A stretch of 64,000 bases of DNA from Candidatus Oxydemutatoraceae bacterium (GTDB lineage Bacteria; Pseudomonadota; Gammaproteobacteria; Poriferisulfidales; Oxydemutatoraceae), in assembly GCA_965220085.1 (NCBI GenBank), contig CBDCOZ010000003.1, forward strand, positions 384,001-448,000. The letters are read 5' to 3'. The position numbers and the translations under genes are program-made. Each line of letters opens with the position of its first letter. Position 1 is the first letter of the stretch. The notes beneath the pieces are model-generated. The model did not search any database. It was given only the letters and a program-made list of their open reading frames with translations, and was not told the DNA's origin. Of the stretch, positions 29,561 to 39,605 are shown in pieces.

Positions 29561-30668
29561 GGAAATGACGGGGCAAAAGCCGGAAGTCACCGTGCTGATG
29601 CCCGTTTACAACGGTCGGCGCTTTCTTCCCGCCGCCATTGAATCGGTTCTGCATCAGAGCTTTGATGATTTTGAGTTATTGATCATAGATGACGGGTCGC
29701 GCGACGATTCGCTTGCGATCGTGCGCGGCTATGCCGACCGCGACGCGCGGCTACGCGTGATATCGCGCGAAAACCGGGGGCTTGTCGAGACCCTGAACGA
29801 GGGCATCGAGGCGGCGCGCGGCAAGTGGCTGGCGCGGCTTGATTGCGATGACATCAGCTTGCCCGATCGTCTTGCGGCACAAGTCGGTTTTCTTCGCGAC
29901 CATCCCGATTATGTTTTCTGCGCCTGCGATGCGCACATCATCAGCCAATACGGTCGCCGCCTCAGACCCTGGCCCAATCTCGGCCACAGCCATGAGGAGT
30001 TAGGCGCCAGTTTGCGCTTCACCGCCGCCTTTCCGCATTCCAGCGTGTGCTTTAACCTGTCGCTTTTGCATAAATACGGCCTGCGTTACAGCGCGCAATA
30101 CCCGCAAGCCGAAGACTTTGATTTGTGGCAACGGATCGTCAAAGACTATCCGTGCTGTGTGATTCGCCGGCCGCTGGCGGAGTGGCGCGCGCATTCCGGC
30201 AGTGTCAATTATCGCCACCGCCTGCAACAACTGCGGCAGACGACATTAATCGCAGAAAAGCATTTTCGCGCGCTGAACGAGGACCTGCCCGACGGGTTTT
30301 TGCATCACTTCTTGGATGAGAGAAACGGCATATCCAATCAGGATTGCGCCCGCCTGCGCGAGGTTTTTCTCAAGATGCTCAAGTCGATCAACGCGGAGTC
30401 GCCCGCTACCCGGCACTTTTCGCGCCAGGCTTTTTCTATTCTGCTCAGCCGTATCTTCGTGGAATTCGGTTGCTTGCGCGGGTTTGACGATACCGATCGC
30501 GTGTTCGGTTGCGCGCCGCTGCAAAAGATGTTGGCGCGCAGGGCGTATCTGTTATTTCTCTTGTCCCGGGTGTTTTCTTCGCACTGGGTCAGGCGGCTTG
30601 ATTATCTGGCCTCGTATGCGTATGCGAAATTTGCCAATCTCAGTTCTCGTTTCCGCCGCGGTAACTGA
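29553..30668 (+). CDS. Glycosyltransferase family 2
   Basis: VLMPVYN, IDDGSRD, ARLDCDD, AEDFDLW. Confidence 0.9.
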   Translation: MTEEMTGQKPEVTVLMPVYNGRRFLPAAIESVLHQSFDDFELLIIDDGSRDDSLAIVRGYADRDARLRVISRENRGLVETLNEGIEAARGKWLARLDCDDISLPDRLAAQVGFLRDHPDYVFCACDAHIISQYGRRLRPWPNLGHSHEELGASLRFTAAFPHSSVCFNLSLLHKYGLRYSAQYPQAEDFDLWQRIVKDYPCCVIRRPLAEWRAHSGSVNYRHRLQQLRQTTLIAEKHFRALNEDLPDGFLHHFLDERNGISNQDCARLREVFLKMLKSINAESPATRHFSRQAFSILLSRIFVEFGCLRGFDDTDRVFGCAPLQKMLARRAYLLFLLSRVFSSHWVRRLDYLASYAYAKFANLSSRFRRGN

Positions 30669-31512
30669 CGAAGCCGACAATGCGTCCGGCTGCGGACACC
30701 AGATAGCGTCCCACTTGATGCGGGCGCAGCGATATCAGCGAGCCGATAGAACCGCCAAGCGGCATGGAAACAGAGCGCAGCAGTTGCGCCAAGGCCCAAG
30801 CCGGCTTCATCCGAAAGTGTTTGCGCAACAGCGCGCCGCGGCCGAGTCCGTAATGGTAGTGCTTGCGCAGCCACGCTTTTGAACTCATCGCTTTGGGGCT
30901 GGTGCGCGGGTGCAGGGTCACGTAATCCGAGTCGTACGCCACTTTGTGCTCGGCCTCAAGCAGGCGCAGTATCAGGTCGGTCTCTTCGCTGCCGCCGAAG
31001 TGGGTGCCCGTTCCCAAGCTCTCATCCAGCAAACCGAGCTCCAGAGCTATGCGCCTTTTCACGACCATCGCCGAGCCGAGGCAACAATCAAAATTGCCGA
31101 AGCCGACGGCCTTCGCGCGCCGGTTTGCATGGGCGTATCTTGAGAAAGGTTTGTTGTCTTCGATATTGCGTATCAATCCGCACAGGCACGCATGGTCGGG
31201 GTATAGATCGATCACCCGATCGAGGTCGGCAAGGCACGACGGCTTGATATCGGCATCGTCATCCAGCAGCACGAGATAATCGCCGCGCGCTTTGCGGATT
31301 GCATTATTGCGCGATTGCGAGGAGCCGCGCTTGTCGTCCGGCAGATAGCGGAATTCGCCCTTTGCCGGCGGCTGGAAGGTCGTTTTTTCATCGGACTGGT
31401 CATTGACGATAATCTCAAAATGTTCGTCATAAGTTTGCTCGCCGATTGCAAACAGCAACTTCTGCAAACTCTTGCGGCGGTTGCGGGTCGGTATGATGAT
31501 GGAAAATTTCAC
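30640..31512 (-). CDS. Glycosyltransferase family 2
   Basis: IIIPTRNR, LLDDD, GGSEETDL. Confidence 0.9.
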   Translation of the reverse strand: MKFSIIIPTRNRRKSLQKLLFAIGEQTYDEHFEIIVNDQSDEKTTFQPPAKGEFRYLPDDKRGSSQSRNNAIRKARGDYLVLLDDDADIKPSCLADLDRVIDLYPDHACLCGLIRNIEDNKPFSRYAHANRRAKAVGFGNFDCCLGSAMVVKRRIALELGLLDESLGTGTHFGGSEETDLILRLLEAEHKVAYDSDYVTLHPRTSPKAMSSKAWLRKHYHYGLGRGALLRKHFRMKPAWALAQLLRSVSMPLGGSIGSLISLRPHQVGRYLVSAAGRIVGFVSYRGGNEN

Positions 31513-31593
31513 GTTGCAATATTATGCGTATTCCCCTATTTTGCAAAGTTATTTAAGGTATTTTGTGACGCATCCGTAATATAATGGACAGCC

Positions 31594-32019
31594 ATGCAAT
31601 ACAAACGCCCCGAATCGGTCTTGGTTTTGGTTTATACGCCGCGCCATCAAGTCCTTGTTTTACGCCGCTTAAAACCCGATTATTTTTGGCAATCGGTCGC
31701 CGGCAGCCTTGAGTGGGGCGAATCGCCGCTCGCCGCCGCCGAGCGCGAGCTGTTTGAAGAGACCGGGCTCGGTGTCGGCGGTATGATTGATTGTCAACTG
31801 CAAAATCGCTTTTTGATTTATCCGATGTGGCGGCAGCGTTACGGGCCGAAGGTGATCGAGAACACCGAGCATGTTTTTCGGCTGGAGTCGGAAGAAGCGC
31901 GCGCCGTGACTTTGGATGCGAAGGAGCACAGCGAGTTTTGCTGGATGGATGCGCGCGCTGCGGCGTTGCGTGTCAGTTCGCATACGAACCGTGTCGCCAT
32001 CGAGCGGTGGGCGATGTGA
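31594..32019 (+). CDS. nudB: Dihydroneopterin triphosphate diphosphatase
   Basis: YKRPESVLV, FWQSVAGS, Nudix box AERELFEETG. Confidence 0.92.
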   Translation: MQYKRPESVLVLVYTPRHQVLVLRRLKPDYFWQSVAGSLEWGESPLAAAERELFEETGLGVGGMIDCQLQNRFLIYPMWRQRYGPKVIENTEHVFRLESEEARAVTLDAKEHSEFCWMDARAAALRVSSHTNRVAIERWAM

Positions 32020-32094
32020 TGCGGGGTTGTCGACCGATGATGAAAGCGCGGCGACAATTTATTACAATGAATACATTTTGACGGGGAAGCTTAT

Positions 32095-32838
32095 ATGGCG
32101 GGCCATAGCAAATGGGCAAATATACAGCACCGCAAGAAGGCGCAGGACGCAAAGCGCGGCAAGCTGTTTACAAAATTAATCCGCGAAATTTCGGTGGCGG
32201 CGAGAATAGGCGGCGCACAGCCGGATGGCAACCCTCGTTTGCGTCTTGCGATAGCCAAAGCTCTGGAAGCGAATGTCAGCAAGGCGAATATTGAGCGCGT
32301 GATCAAACGCAGTACCGGAGAGGCCGACGGAGCCGCATATCAGAGTTTGACCTATGAGGGTTACGCGACCGGAGGCATCGCGGTGTTGGTCGAGTGCATG
32401 ACGGACAATAAGAACCGCGCGGTGGCGGAAGTGCGCCATGTGTTTGGCCGTTATGGCGGCAAGCTCGGCACCGCCGGTTCGGTCGCCTATCTGTTCAAAC
32501 AAAGAGGCGCGCTGGACTATTCCAAAGAACACGATGAGGATGCGATCGTCGAGGCGACGCTGGAAGCCGGCGGCGATGATGTGGTCACAAACGACGACGG
32601 CATTCGGGTGCTGACCGAACCCGCCGACCTGCTCGTTGTGCGCGACAAGATGGCGGCGGCGGGGTTTGTCGCGCAGAATTGCGAGTATGAGATGTATCCG
32701 TCGGATTCGATCGCGGTGGAAGGCGATACCGCCGCCGGCGTGCTGCGCCTTTTGCAAGCGCTGGATGATTGCGAAGATGTTCAGAATGTGTATTGCAATG
32801 CGGATTTCCCGAGCAATATATTGTCGGCGGCGGAATGA
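32095..32838 (+). CDS. yebC: YebC/PmpR family protein
   Basis: MAGHSKWANIQHRK, TYEGY, TDNKNR. Confidence 0.96.
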   Translation: MAGHSKWANIQHRKKAQDAKRGKLFTKLIREISVAARIGGAQPDGNPRLRLAIAKALEANVSKANIERVIKRSTGEADGAAYQSLTYEGYATGGIAVLVECMTDNKNRAVAEVRHVFGRYGGKLGTAGSVAYLFKQRGALDYSKEHDEDAIVEATLEAGGDDVVTNDDGIRVLTEPADLLVVRDKMAAAGFVAQNCEYEMYPSDSIAVEGDTAAGVLRLLQALDDCEDVQNVYCNADFPSNILSAAE

Positions 32839-33335
32839 AGGACGAGCGCATTCTCGGCATCGATCCCGGTTTTCGGGTCAGCGGCTATGCGCTGATTGAA
32901 AGCGACGGCAACGCGCATCGCTATATTGAAAGCGGCATTATCGATGTGACGAAATTGGAGTTGCCGCAACGCCTCGGCGCTATCTTTGATGCCGTGGCGG
33001 AAGTCATCGCCCGTTGCAAGCCCGATGCGGCGAGCGTGGAAGAGGTGTTTATGTCAAAGAACGCGCGCTCGGCGTTGGTGCTCGGACAGGCGCGCGGCGC
33101 CGCGATTTGCGCGGCCATCAAAGCCGGCCTGCCGGTGCACGAATACAACGCCAAGGCGATCAAGAAGTCGGTTACCGGCAGCGGCGGCGCGGACAAGAAT
33201 CAAGTGCGGTATATGGTTTGTCGTTTGTTACAGATCGCGGAGCGCGATTACCGGGATGAGACCGATGCGATGGCCATCGCCCTGTGCCATTCGTTTCACC
33301 GGCCGTCGGTTTTGCTTGCGGAGGCCGCGACATGA
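32835..33335 (+). CDS. ruvC: Holliday junction resolvase
   Basis: ILGIDPG, VEEVF, LGQARG, KKSVTGSG.ADK. Confidence 0.96.
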   Translation: MKDERILGIDPGFRVSGYALIESDGNAHRYIESGIIDVTKLELPQRLGAIFDAVAEVIARCKPDAASVEEVFMSKNARSALVLGQARGAAICAAIKAGLPVHEYNAKAIKKSVTGSGGADKNQVRYMVCRLLQIAERDYRDETDAMAIALCHSFHRPSVLLAEAAT

Positions 33336-33928
33336 TCGCCCGTTTGACCGGCGAGTTGATTTTTAAGCAACCGCCTTTTTTGATGATCGATGTGAACAAT
33401 GTGTCTTACGAGATGCAGGCTCCTATGTGCACTTTCTATGCGCTGCCGGAGGTCGGTTCGCAAGTCACGGTATTGACCCATCTGCTGGTGCGCGAAGATG
33501 CGCATACGTTGTATGCGTTTATGAATATCTGCGACAGAGCTTTGTTCAAAGAATTGCTCAAAGTGAGCGGCATCGGCGCCAAGATAGGTCTGGCGATTTT
33601 GTCGGGCATGGATGTTGCGACTTTTCGCGAGTGCATCGGCGCGCGCGATGCGCAGGCCCTGACGCATGTGCCCGGCATCGGCCAGAAAACCGCCGAGCGG
33701 CTCATCGTTGAGATGCGCAGCCGCTTGGACAGCGGCTTCTGGAGCGATGTCCGCGGCGGCGACGGCAAAACGGCGGCCACGACCGAAGATGTGCGCAGTC
33801 AGGCGCAGGAAGCATTGGTGGCTCTCGGCTATAAGAGCGGCGACGCCAAGCGGATGCTCAAGCCGCTTGATATCGCGGACAAAAATATCGAGCAAGTCAT
33901 TCGCGAGGCGCTGAAAGGCGGCGCGTGA
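33332..33928 (+). CDS. ruvA: Holliday junction branch migration protein A
   Basis: MIARLTG, VREDA, VSGIGAK, VPGIGQKTAER. Confidence 0.96.
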   Translation: MIARLTGELIFKQPPFLMIDVNNVSYEMQAPMCTFYALPEVGSQVTVLTHLLVREDAHTLYAFMNICDRALFKELLKVSGIGAKIGLAILSGMDVATFRECIGARDAQALTHVPGIGQKTAERLIVEMRSRLDSGFWSDVRGGDGKTAATTEDVRSQAQEALVALGYKSGDAKRMLKPLDIADKNIEQVIREALKGGA

Positions 33929-33949
33929 CGGATTAACGAGGACAGCGGC

Positions 33950-34987
33950 ATGGCGGACCCCGACTTGATGACCGGCGACGAACTGAGCGGCGAAGAGACC
34001 TTTGATGACAGCATTCGCCCGCGCCGCTTGGGCGAGTACATCGGCCAGCGGAAAGTCAAAGAGCAGATGGAGATCTTCATCAAAGCGGCCAAGGCGCGGC
34101 GCGAGCCGCTTGATCATGTGCTGGTCTTTGGTCCGCCGGGACTCGGCAAGACCACCCTGGCGCATGTGATAGCAAACGAGATGGAGGCCGCGCTCAAGCA
34201 AACGAGCGGTCCGATTTTAGAGAAGGCGGGCGATCTTGCCGCGCTGCTGACGAATTTGGAGCCGCACGATGTGTTGTTTATAGACGAGATTCATCGTCTC
34301 AACCCGTCGGTCGAAGAGATTCTGTATCCGGCGCTGGAAGACTTTCAACTGGATATCGTTCTCGGCGAAGGCCCGGCGGCGCGCTCCATAAAGCTTGATC
34401 TGCCGCCGTTTACGCTGGTCGGGGCGACGACCCGCGCCGGTTTGCTGACCTCGCCGTTGCGCGATCGCTTCGGTATCGCGCAACACCTTGAATTTTATGA
34501 CACGCAAGATTTGTCAAACATCGTGCTTCGTTCGGCGCGCATTTTGGGCTCCGTGATTGACGACAAAGGCGCGTATGAAATTGCGCGCCGCTCGCGCGGT
34601 ACGCCGCGCATTGCCAATCGCTTGTTGCGCCGAGTGCGCGACTATGCCGAGGTCAAGCAAGACGGCGCGATCAACCCGACAGTGGCCGACGACGCGCTCA
34701 ATATGCTCGATGTGGATCAAAACGGTTTGGATGTGATGGACCGTCGTTTGTTGCGAACGATGATAGAAAAGTTTAACGGCGGCCCGGTCGGTATCGGCAG
34801 TCTTGCCGTTTCTATTAACGAGGAGCGGGATACGATAGAAGACATCCTTGAGCCGTTCCTGATTCAAAGCGGGTTTCTGATCAGAACCCCGCGCGGGCGG
34901 CTGGTCACCGACGCCGCCTATCAATTGTTCGGCTTGGAACCGCCGCCGCGACCGGCGGCGGGGACGGGCAACCGCGATTTATTCTGA
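33950..34987 (+). CDS. ruvB: Holliday junction DNA helicase
   Basis: [35 protein letters not shown]. Confidence 0.98.
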   Translation: MADPDLMTGDELSGEETFDDSIRPRRLGEYIGQRKVKEQMEIFIKAAKARREPLDHVLVFGPPGLGKTTLAHVIANEMEAALKQTSGPILEKAGDLAALLTNLEPHDVLFIDEIHRLNPSVEEILYPALEDFQLDIVLGEGPAARSIKLDLPPFTLVGATTRAGLLTSPLRDRFGIAQHLEFYDTQDLSNIVLRSARILGSVIDDKGAYEIARRSRGTPRIANRLLRRVRDYAEVKQDGAINPTVADDALNMLDVDQNGLDVMDRRLLRTMIEKFNGGPVGIGSLAVSINEERDTIEDILEPFLIQSGFLIRTPRGRLVTDAAYQLFGLEPPPRPAAGTGNRDLF

Positions 34988-34995
34988 GGATTGCC

Positions 34996-35391
34996 ATGGC
35001 GCGGGAGTGTCGCCGCTCGGTCGGGGTTTGTTACGAAGCTGCCGCTGCCAAAGGGGGCGTATATCATGCAAATTGCTTGCGTTTTCTTGCGCCGGCACGC
35101 GCCGAATGATCGCGTTCTCAGGGTTTTGCGCGGGATGCGTTAAAATTGGAGCAACGGGTCGCTGTGAAGGCGGTTGCGGCGAATACCGCAAGCCCGCTGT
35201 TTGTAATGACTTGTTCATGCTGTCGGTACGGCAGCGTTAAAGGGGCGAGTTTTGAGCGGCGGCATATGCGCCACAGCGATGAAGAGCCCGAAGCGTCGGC
35301 CAAAGCCGATATGACTGTCGCTTGTGTTGCAAGCGAGAGTATGCGGCCGATTCCAAATAATATAGCGGGGAGAATATCCAATGCAACCTGA
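34996..35391 (+). pseudogene. ybgC: Degraded acyl-CoA thioesterase ybgC
   Basis: Reads VGVCYEAAAAKGGVYHANCLRFLAPARAE* (compare VRVYYEDTDAGGVVYHA...ERARTE), then EYRKPA...ND and ADMTVACV...MRPIP in shifted frames; canonical position between ruvB and tolQ. Confidence 0.8.
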
Positions 35392-36079
35392 ATTAAATGT
35401 TTTTTCTTTAATCGCAGAGGCGACTTTTCTCGTCCAACTCGTGATATTGATACTGATACTTGCTTCGGTTATAAGTTGGACTTTCATCATAGCCCGCTAT
35501 CGCGACTTCAAGAATGTGCAACAAGAAGCCGATCAGTTTGAACAGCGGTTTTGGTCCGATGTGGATCTGTCGCAGTTATACGGCGATGTGGAAAAAGAGG
35601 GCCCGCAGGGAGGTCTGGCGACTATTTTTTCAACCGGCTTCAGCGAATATGTGCGCCTGCATAAGCAGGGAGCGTTGTCCCCTCTGGCGATTGCGGATAC
35701 CGCCGTGCGCTCTATGAAAGTGGCGCTGGCAAAAGAGGCGAATGCGTTGAACAGACACCTCAATTTCCTGGCCACGGTCGGCTCAACAGCCCCTTATATC
35801 GGGCTTTTCGGCACTGTCTGGGGCATCATGCACTCGTTTTTGGCATTGCAGAATGTGCAACAGGCTACGCTGTCTCTGGTCGCTCCCGGAATTGCCGAGG
35901 CCCTGATTGCGACGGCGATGGGTTTGTTTGCGGCGATCCCCGCTGTCATTGCTTACAACCGTTTTAGCGAGCGGACAAATAATCTGCTTGCCCGCTACGA
36001 CAACTTTATCGAGGAATTTACCGCTATCTTGCATCGTCAGGTGCATCGCGGTCAGGAAGGGAACCGAGAGCATGGCTGA
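35381..36079 (+). CDS. tolQ: Tol-Pal protein TolQ
   Basis: LATVGSTAPYIGLFGTVWGIM, VAPGIAEALIATA. Confidence 0.95.
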   Translation: MQPELNVFSLIAEATFLVQLVILILILASVISWTFIIARYRDFKNVQQEADQFEQRFWSDVDLSQLYGDVEKEGPQGGLATIFSTGFSEYVRLHKQGALSPLAIADTAVRSMKVALAKEANALNRHLNFLATVGSTAPYIGLFGTVWGIMHSFLALQNVQQATLSLVAPGIAEALIATAMGLFAAIPAVIAYNRFSERTNNLLARYDNFIEEFTAILHRQVHRGQEGNREHG

Positions 36080-36497
36080 TTTTCGCGCGCACCGCCCGAT
36101 GGCGGAGATCAACATCGTTCCGTATATCGATGTGATGCTGGTCCTGCTCATTATTTTCATGGTGACCGCTCCTTTGATTCAGCAAGGGGTTGAGATCAGC
36201 CTGCCGGAGGCGGCCGCGGAAGTTTTGGAGAGCGCGCCCGAGGTCGAGCCGCTGATCGTGACGGTTGATCAGAGGGGGAGGTTTTTTGTCAACCAGGGCG
36301 CGCGCGCCAATCAGGCGGTGACCGAAGACATCCTGTTTGCGGAACTCAAGCCGTTGCTTGCGGGCGCATCTGCGGCGCCGGTGTATGTTCGCGGCGACCG
36401 CAATGTCGCGTATGAGCATGTAATGACCGCGATGGTCGTGTTGCAGAGAGCCGGCGCGGGCGATATCGGATTGATTACGCGCCCGCCCGCAAACTAG
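36072..36497 (+). CDS. tolR: Tol-Pal protein TolR
   Basis: AEINIVPYIDVMLVLLIIFMVTAP, RGDRNVAY. Confidence 0.95.
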   Translation: MADFRAHRPMAEINIVPYIDVMLVLLIIFMVTAPLIQQGVEISLPEAAAEVLESAPEVEPLIVTVDQRGRFFVNQGARANQAVTEDILFAELKPLLAGASAAPVYVRGDRNVAYEHVMTAMVVLQRAGAGDIGLITRPPAN

Positions 36498-36515
36498 GCG
36501 CGGTCAAGACAATAG

Positions 36516-37337
36516 ATGCGCGCGCTCATACCATCATCGGCAATCCTCTCTTTATTGCTTCACGGCCTGATTGTCCTCATTGTCGGGTTTACTTTTGTGT
36601 CGTGCACCGGCGCGATGACACCGAGCGCCGAAGAGCCGGCGCAGGAGGACGAAGTGATCAAGGCCACGATGCTGACCGAAGAGGAGGCCATGCGGTATTA
36701 CGAGCACAAGCGTCAGAAGGAAGAAGCGTTGCGCCGTTTGCGAGCGGAGAAGGCGGCGGCCGAGAAGAAGCGCAAGGAACTGGAGCGCGCCAGAAAAAAG
36801 GCGCAACAAATGAAGTTGCAGGAGCGCAAGCGCGCCGAGCAATTGCGCATTGAGGAACAGAAGCGCGCCGCGCAAGAAGCGAAAAAGCGCGCCGAGGAAT
36901 TGCGGCGGGAAGCGTTGCGCAAAGAAGAGGCGGCGCGCATGGCAAGAGAAGAAGAATTGCGGCGGGCCGAGCAGGAAGCCTTGCGCAAGGCCGAGTTGGA
37001 GCGGTTAAACGCCGAGCATCAGGAGAAGATCAGGATGCGGAAGTTGCAAATCAGGGCCTGGACGAGGCAGTACATCGGCATGTTACGGGGGAGCGTGGAG
37101 GCGCGCTGGAAGAAGCCTCCCGCCAGTATCAAAGGCGGGGAATGCGTCGTGCGCGTGCGGCAGGAAAAAGACGGCACAATTGTCGATGTAAAGGTTGTCA
37201 GTTGCGCCGGCGATAAGCTGTACCGCTTGTCGGTCGTAGAAGCGGTGTGGAAGGCAAATCCGTTGCCCGCTCCGCCGGCAGACGATGTTTTTGATGCCGA
37301 GATTGAATTAACTTTTAAGCAGGAGTACGGAGGGTGA
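36516..37337 (+). CDS. tolA: Tol-Pal protein TolA
   Basis: S-x3-H N-terminal anchor (SLLLH), charged coiled coil, TonB/TolA C-terminal domain. Confidence 0.85.
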   Translation: MRALIPSSAILSLLLHGLIVLIVGFTFVSCTGAMTPSAEEPAQEDEVIKATMLTEEEAMRYYEHKRQKEEALRRLRAEKAAAEKKRKELERARKKAQQMKLQERKRAEQLRIEEQKRAAQEAKKRAEELRREALRKEEAARMAREEELRRAEQEALRKAELERLNAEHQEKIRMRKLQIRAWTRQYIGMLRGSVEARWKKPPASIKGGECVVRVRQEKDGTIVDVKVVSCAGDKLYRLSVVEAVWKANPLPAPPADDVFDAEIELTFKQEYGG

Positions 37338-38632
37338 TGTCGTATCGTTTTCATTTGTTATGGTTTGTCGTATCGGTATTGCTTGCCGCGCCGTCGGCAT
37401 CCGCGCGTCTTCAGGTTGAGATTACCGAAGGGGTCGAGGGCGGCATACCGGTTGCGGTGAGCGCTTTTGTCAATGAGCCGCAGGATGCCGCGCGCACATA
37501 CAGCAGAATTGTCGCTTCCGACCTTGCCTATAGCGGCTTGTTCAGTTTGGTTTCGGCCAAGGAGTTTGCAACCCTGGCCTTGCCGACCGACGCCCCGCAG
37601 ACCTATGATGCCTGGCATGAGAAAGGGATTGAAAAAATAGTCGGCGGCACGGTCGAGCAGGATAAGCTGCGGATCGTTCTGTTTGATGTGGTGCAAAAAA
37701 AGCGGCTTGCCGAATGGAGCATTCAAGTGCCCGGCGCTTCCCACGACCAAATTGCCCACCACGCCAGCGACTTGATCTACGAAGAGTTGACGGGCGTGAA
37801 GGGCATCTTCAGAACCAAAATAGCGTTTGTCAGTTCGGAATGGGTCAGTTATCGCGCGCGCAATTACCGCCTCAACATCGCCGATGCCGACGGCCATAAC
37901 ATCATCAGCATCTTTGACTCCAAAAAGCCGCTGATGACTCCGAGTTGGGCGCCGGATGGCAAACGTATCGTGTATATATCGTATGAAAACGGCGCGCCCC
38001 AGTTGTTTATGCAAGAACTTGAAACCGCCGAGCGCACCAACCTCTCGGTGACGCGCGGGCTTGGCAACGCAAACTCGCCGGAATGGTCCGATGACGGCAG
38101 TAAGATTGCGTTTGTCTCGTCAAAAGACGGCAACCCAGAAATATATGCGTATGACCTTGCGGCTTCCAAGTTGATCCGCATGACAGATAGCATTGCGATC
38201 GATACCGAGCCCAGTTGGGCGCCGAATAATACTTTGTATTTCACTTCCGATCGCAGCGGCAGTCCGCAGGTTTATCGGATTGTGCCGGGCGCCGGCAACC
38301 GGGCGGAGCGCATCACATTTGTCGGCGATTACAACTCGGATGCGGATATTTCCCCGCAAGGCGACAAGCTCGCCTATGCGAGCGCCAAAGGCGCGCGCTC
38401 GTCCATTGTGGTCAGGGATCTGGGCGCCGCCGGAGAGCTTGAATTGAGTTTTGGCAGTTTGGATGAGCGGCCGCGCTTCGCGCCGAACGGTCGCTTGCTG
38501 AGCTATCTGACTCAGGACGGATCGCGCAATGTGCTCGGTCTGGCAACGGTTGACGGCGTCTTCGGCAAGCTGGTGCCGGTCGAAGCCTCTTATGCGCGCG
38601 GCATATCGTGGTCTCCGTTACCGCGTCAATGA
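37334..38632 (+). CDS. tolB: Tol-Pal beta-propeller TolB
   Basis: EITEG, IYEELTG..GIFRTKIAFV, PD40 repeats (PSWAPDG, FTSDRSGSPQVY). Confidence 0.93.
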   Translation: MMSYRFHLLWFVVSVLLAAPSASARLQVEITEGVEGGIPVAVSAFVNEPQDAARTYSRIVASDLAYSGLFSLVSAKEFATLALPTDAPQTYDAWHEKGIEKIVGGTVEQDKLRIVLFDVVQKKRLAEWSIQVPGASHDQIAHHASDLIYEELTGVKGIFRTKIAFVSSEWVSYRARNYRLNIADADGHNIISIFDSKKPLMTPSWAPDGKRIVYISYENGAPQLFMQELETAERTNLSVTRGLGNANSPEWSDDGSKIAFVSSKDGNPEIYAYDLAASKLIRMTDSIAIDTEPSWAPNNTLYFTSDRSGSPQVYRIVPGAGNRAERITFVGDYNSDADISPQGDKLAYASAKGARSSIVVRDLGAAGELELSFGSLDERPRFAPNGRLLSYLTQDGSRNVLGLATVDGVFGKLVPVEASYARGISWSPLPRQ

Positions 38633-39582
38633 AAAGCATCATGGCACGAGCGCTGTTCGCGGCAATAGCCTCCGTATTTTTTGCGACGGCGGTCGGGGCG
38701 CAGCCCGCGGACAGCGCGTTGTTGACAGAATTGCTCAACCGCATTGAGCATCTGCAAAGCGAATTGGCGTCGGTGCGCGGCGAGAACGAACGCTTGCGAC
38801 ACGAGTTGGAGCGGTTCAAACGCAATACGGAAGAGAATTTCAAGCGCTTGCAAAGCGGCGAGTTTGGCAACGCCGCCGCCGCTGCGGAAGGCGATGGCGC
38901 CGGTACGGATACGGAACGCGCGGTTCCCGCCGATGCGGATGCGCAAGAAGCGACCAAGGCGGCGCCCGAGGCGACGGCGGAGACGCCCCCTGAGGAGGCG
39001 GTCGCAGAGTCCGAATCCGCAGAAAGCGCATTGCCGCCGGCTATGCCCTCTGAGGCGTCTGCGGAGACGCCATCTGAGGAGGCGGTCGCAGAATCCGAAT
39101 CCACAGAAAGCGCTGTGCCGCCGGCTGCCGCCGAGACAGCGGAGACTATGCCGCTGGCAACTATCGGCGCCGCCGTATCCGACGACGCTTTGGATGAACA
39201 GGAGTATTTTTCCTACCGCAATGCGATGAAGCCGCTGGAGGATGCCGATTATGCCAAGGCGCGCAAGCGCTTCGCGCGGTTTTTGCGCAAATATCCCCAA
39301 GGCAAGTATGCGGCGGATGCGAAGTATTGGGTTGCCGAATCGTACTACATTGCCAACAACTATAATCTTGCCGAACGTTATTACAAACAGGTCATTGCCA
39401 ATCACAAAGATCACAGGATGCACGACGAAGCGCTTCTCAGAATCGCCTCCATTCGCGAGACGCGCGCCGAGTGGGACGGCGCCAGAGCGGTATTGCAGAA
39501 ACTGAATAGCGAATCACAGGATGAAAAAATTCGCGCGCTCGCAAAAAGACGTCTTGAACGCCTCACACGCGAAGGCCGATAA
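38629..39582 (+). CDS. cpoB: Cell division coordinator CpoB/YbgF with extended acidic linker
   Basis: Signal peptide, coiled coil, C-terminal TPR (KYPQGKYAADAKYWVAE); 84-bp internal repeat at 38977/39061. Confidence 0.85.
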   Translation: MKSIMARALFAAIASVFFATAVGAQPADSALLTELLNRIEHLQSELASVRGENERLRHELERFKRNTEENFKRLQSGEFGNAAAAAEGDGAGTDTERAVPADADAQEATKAAPEATAETPPEEAVAESESAESALPPAMPSEASAETPSEEAVAESESTESAVPPAAAETAETMPLATIGAAVSDDALDEQEYFSYRNAMKPLEDADYAKARKRFARFLRKYPQGKYAADAKYWVAESYYIANNYNLAERYYKQVIANHKDHRMHDEALLRIASIRETRAEWDGARAVLQKLNSESQDEKIRALAKRRLERLTREGR

Positions 39583-39605
39583 GCCGGCGCGCACAGCGGG
39601 TAATC

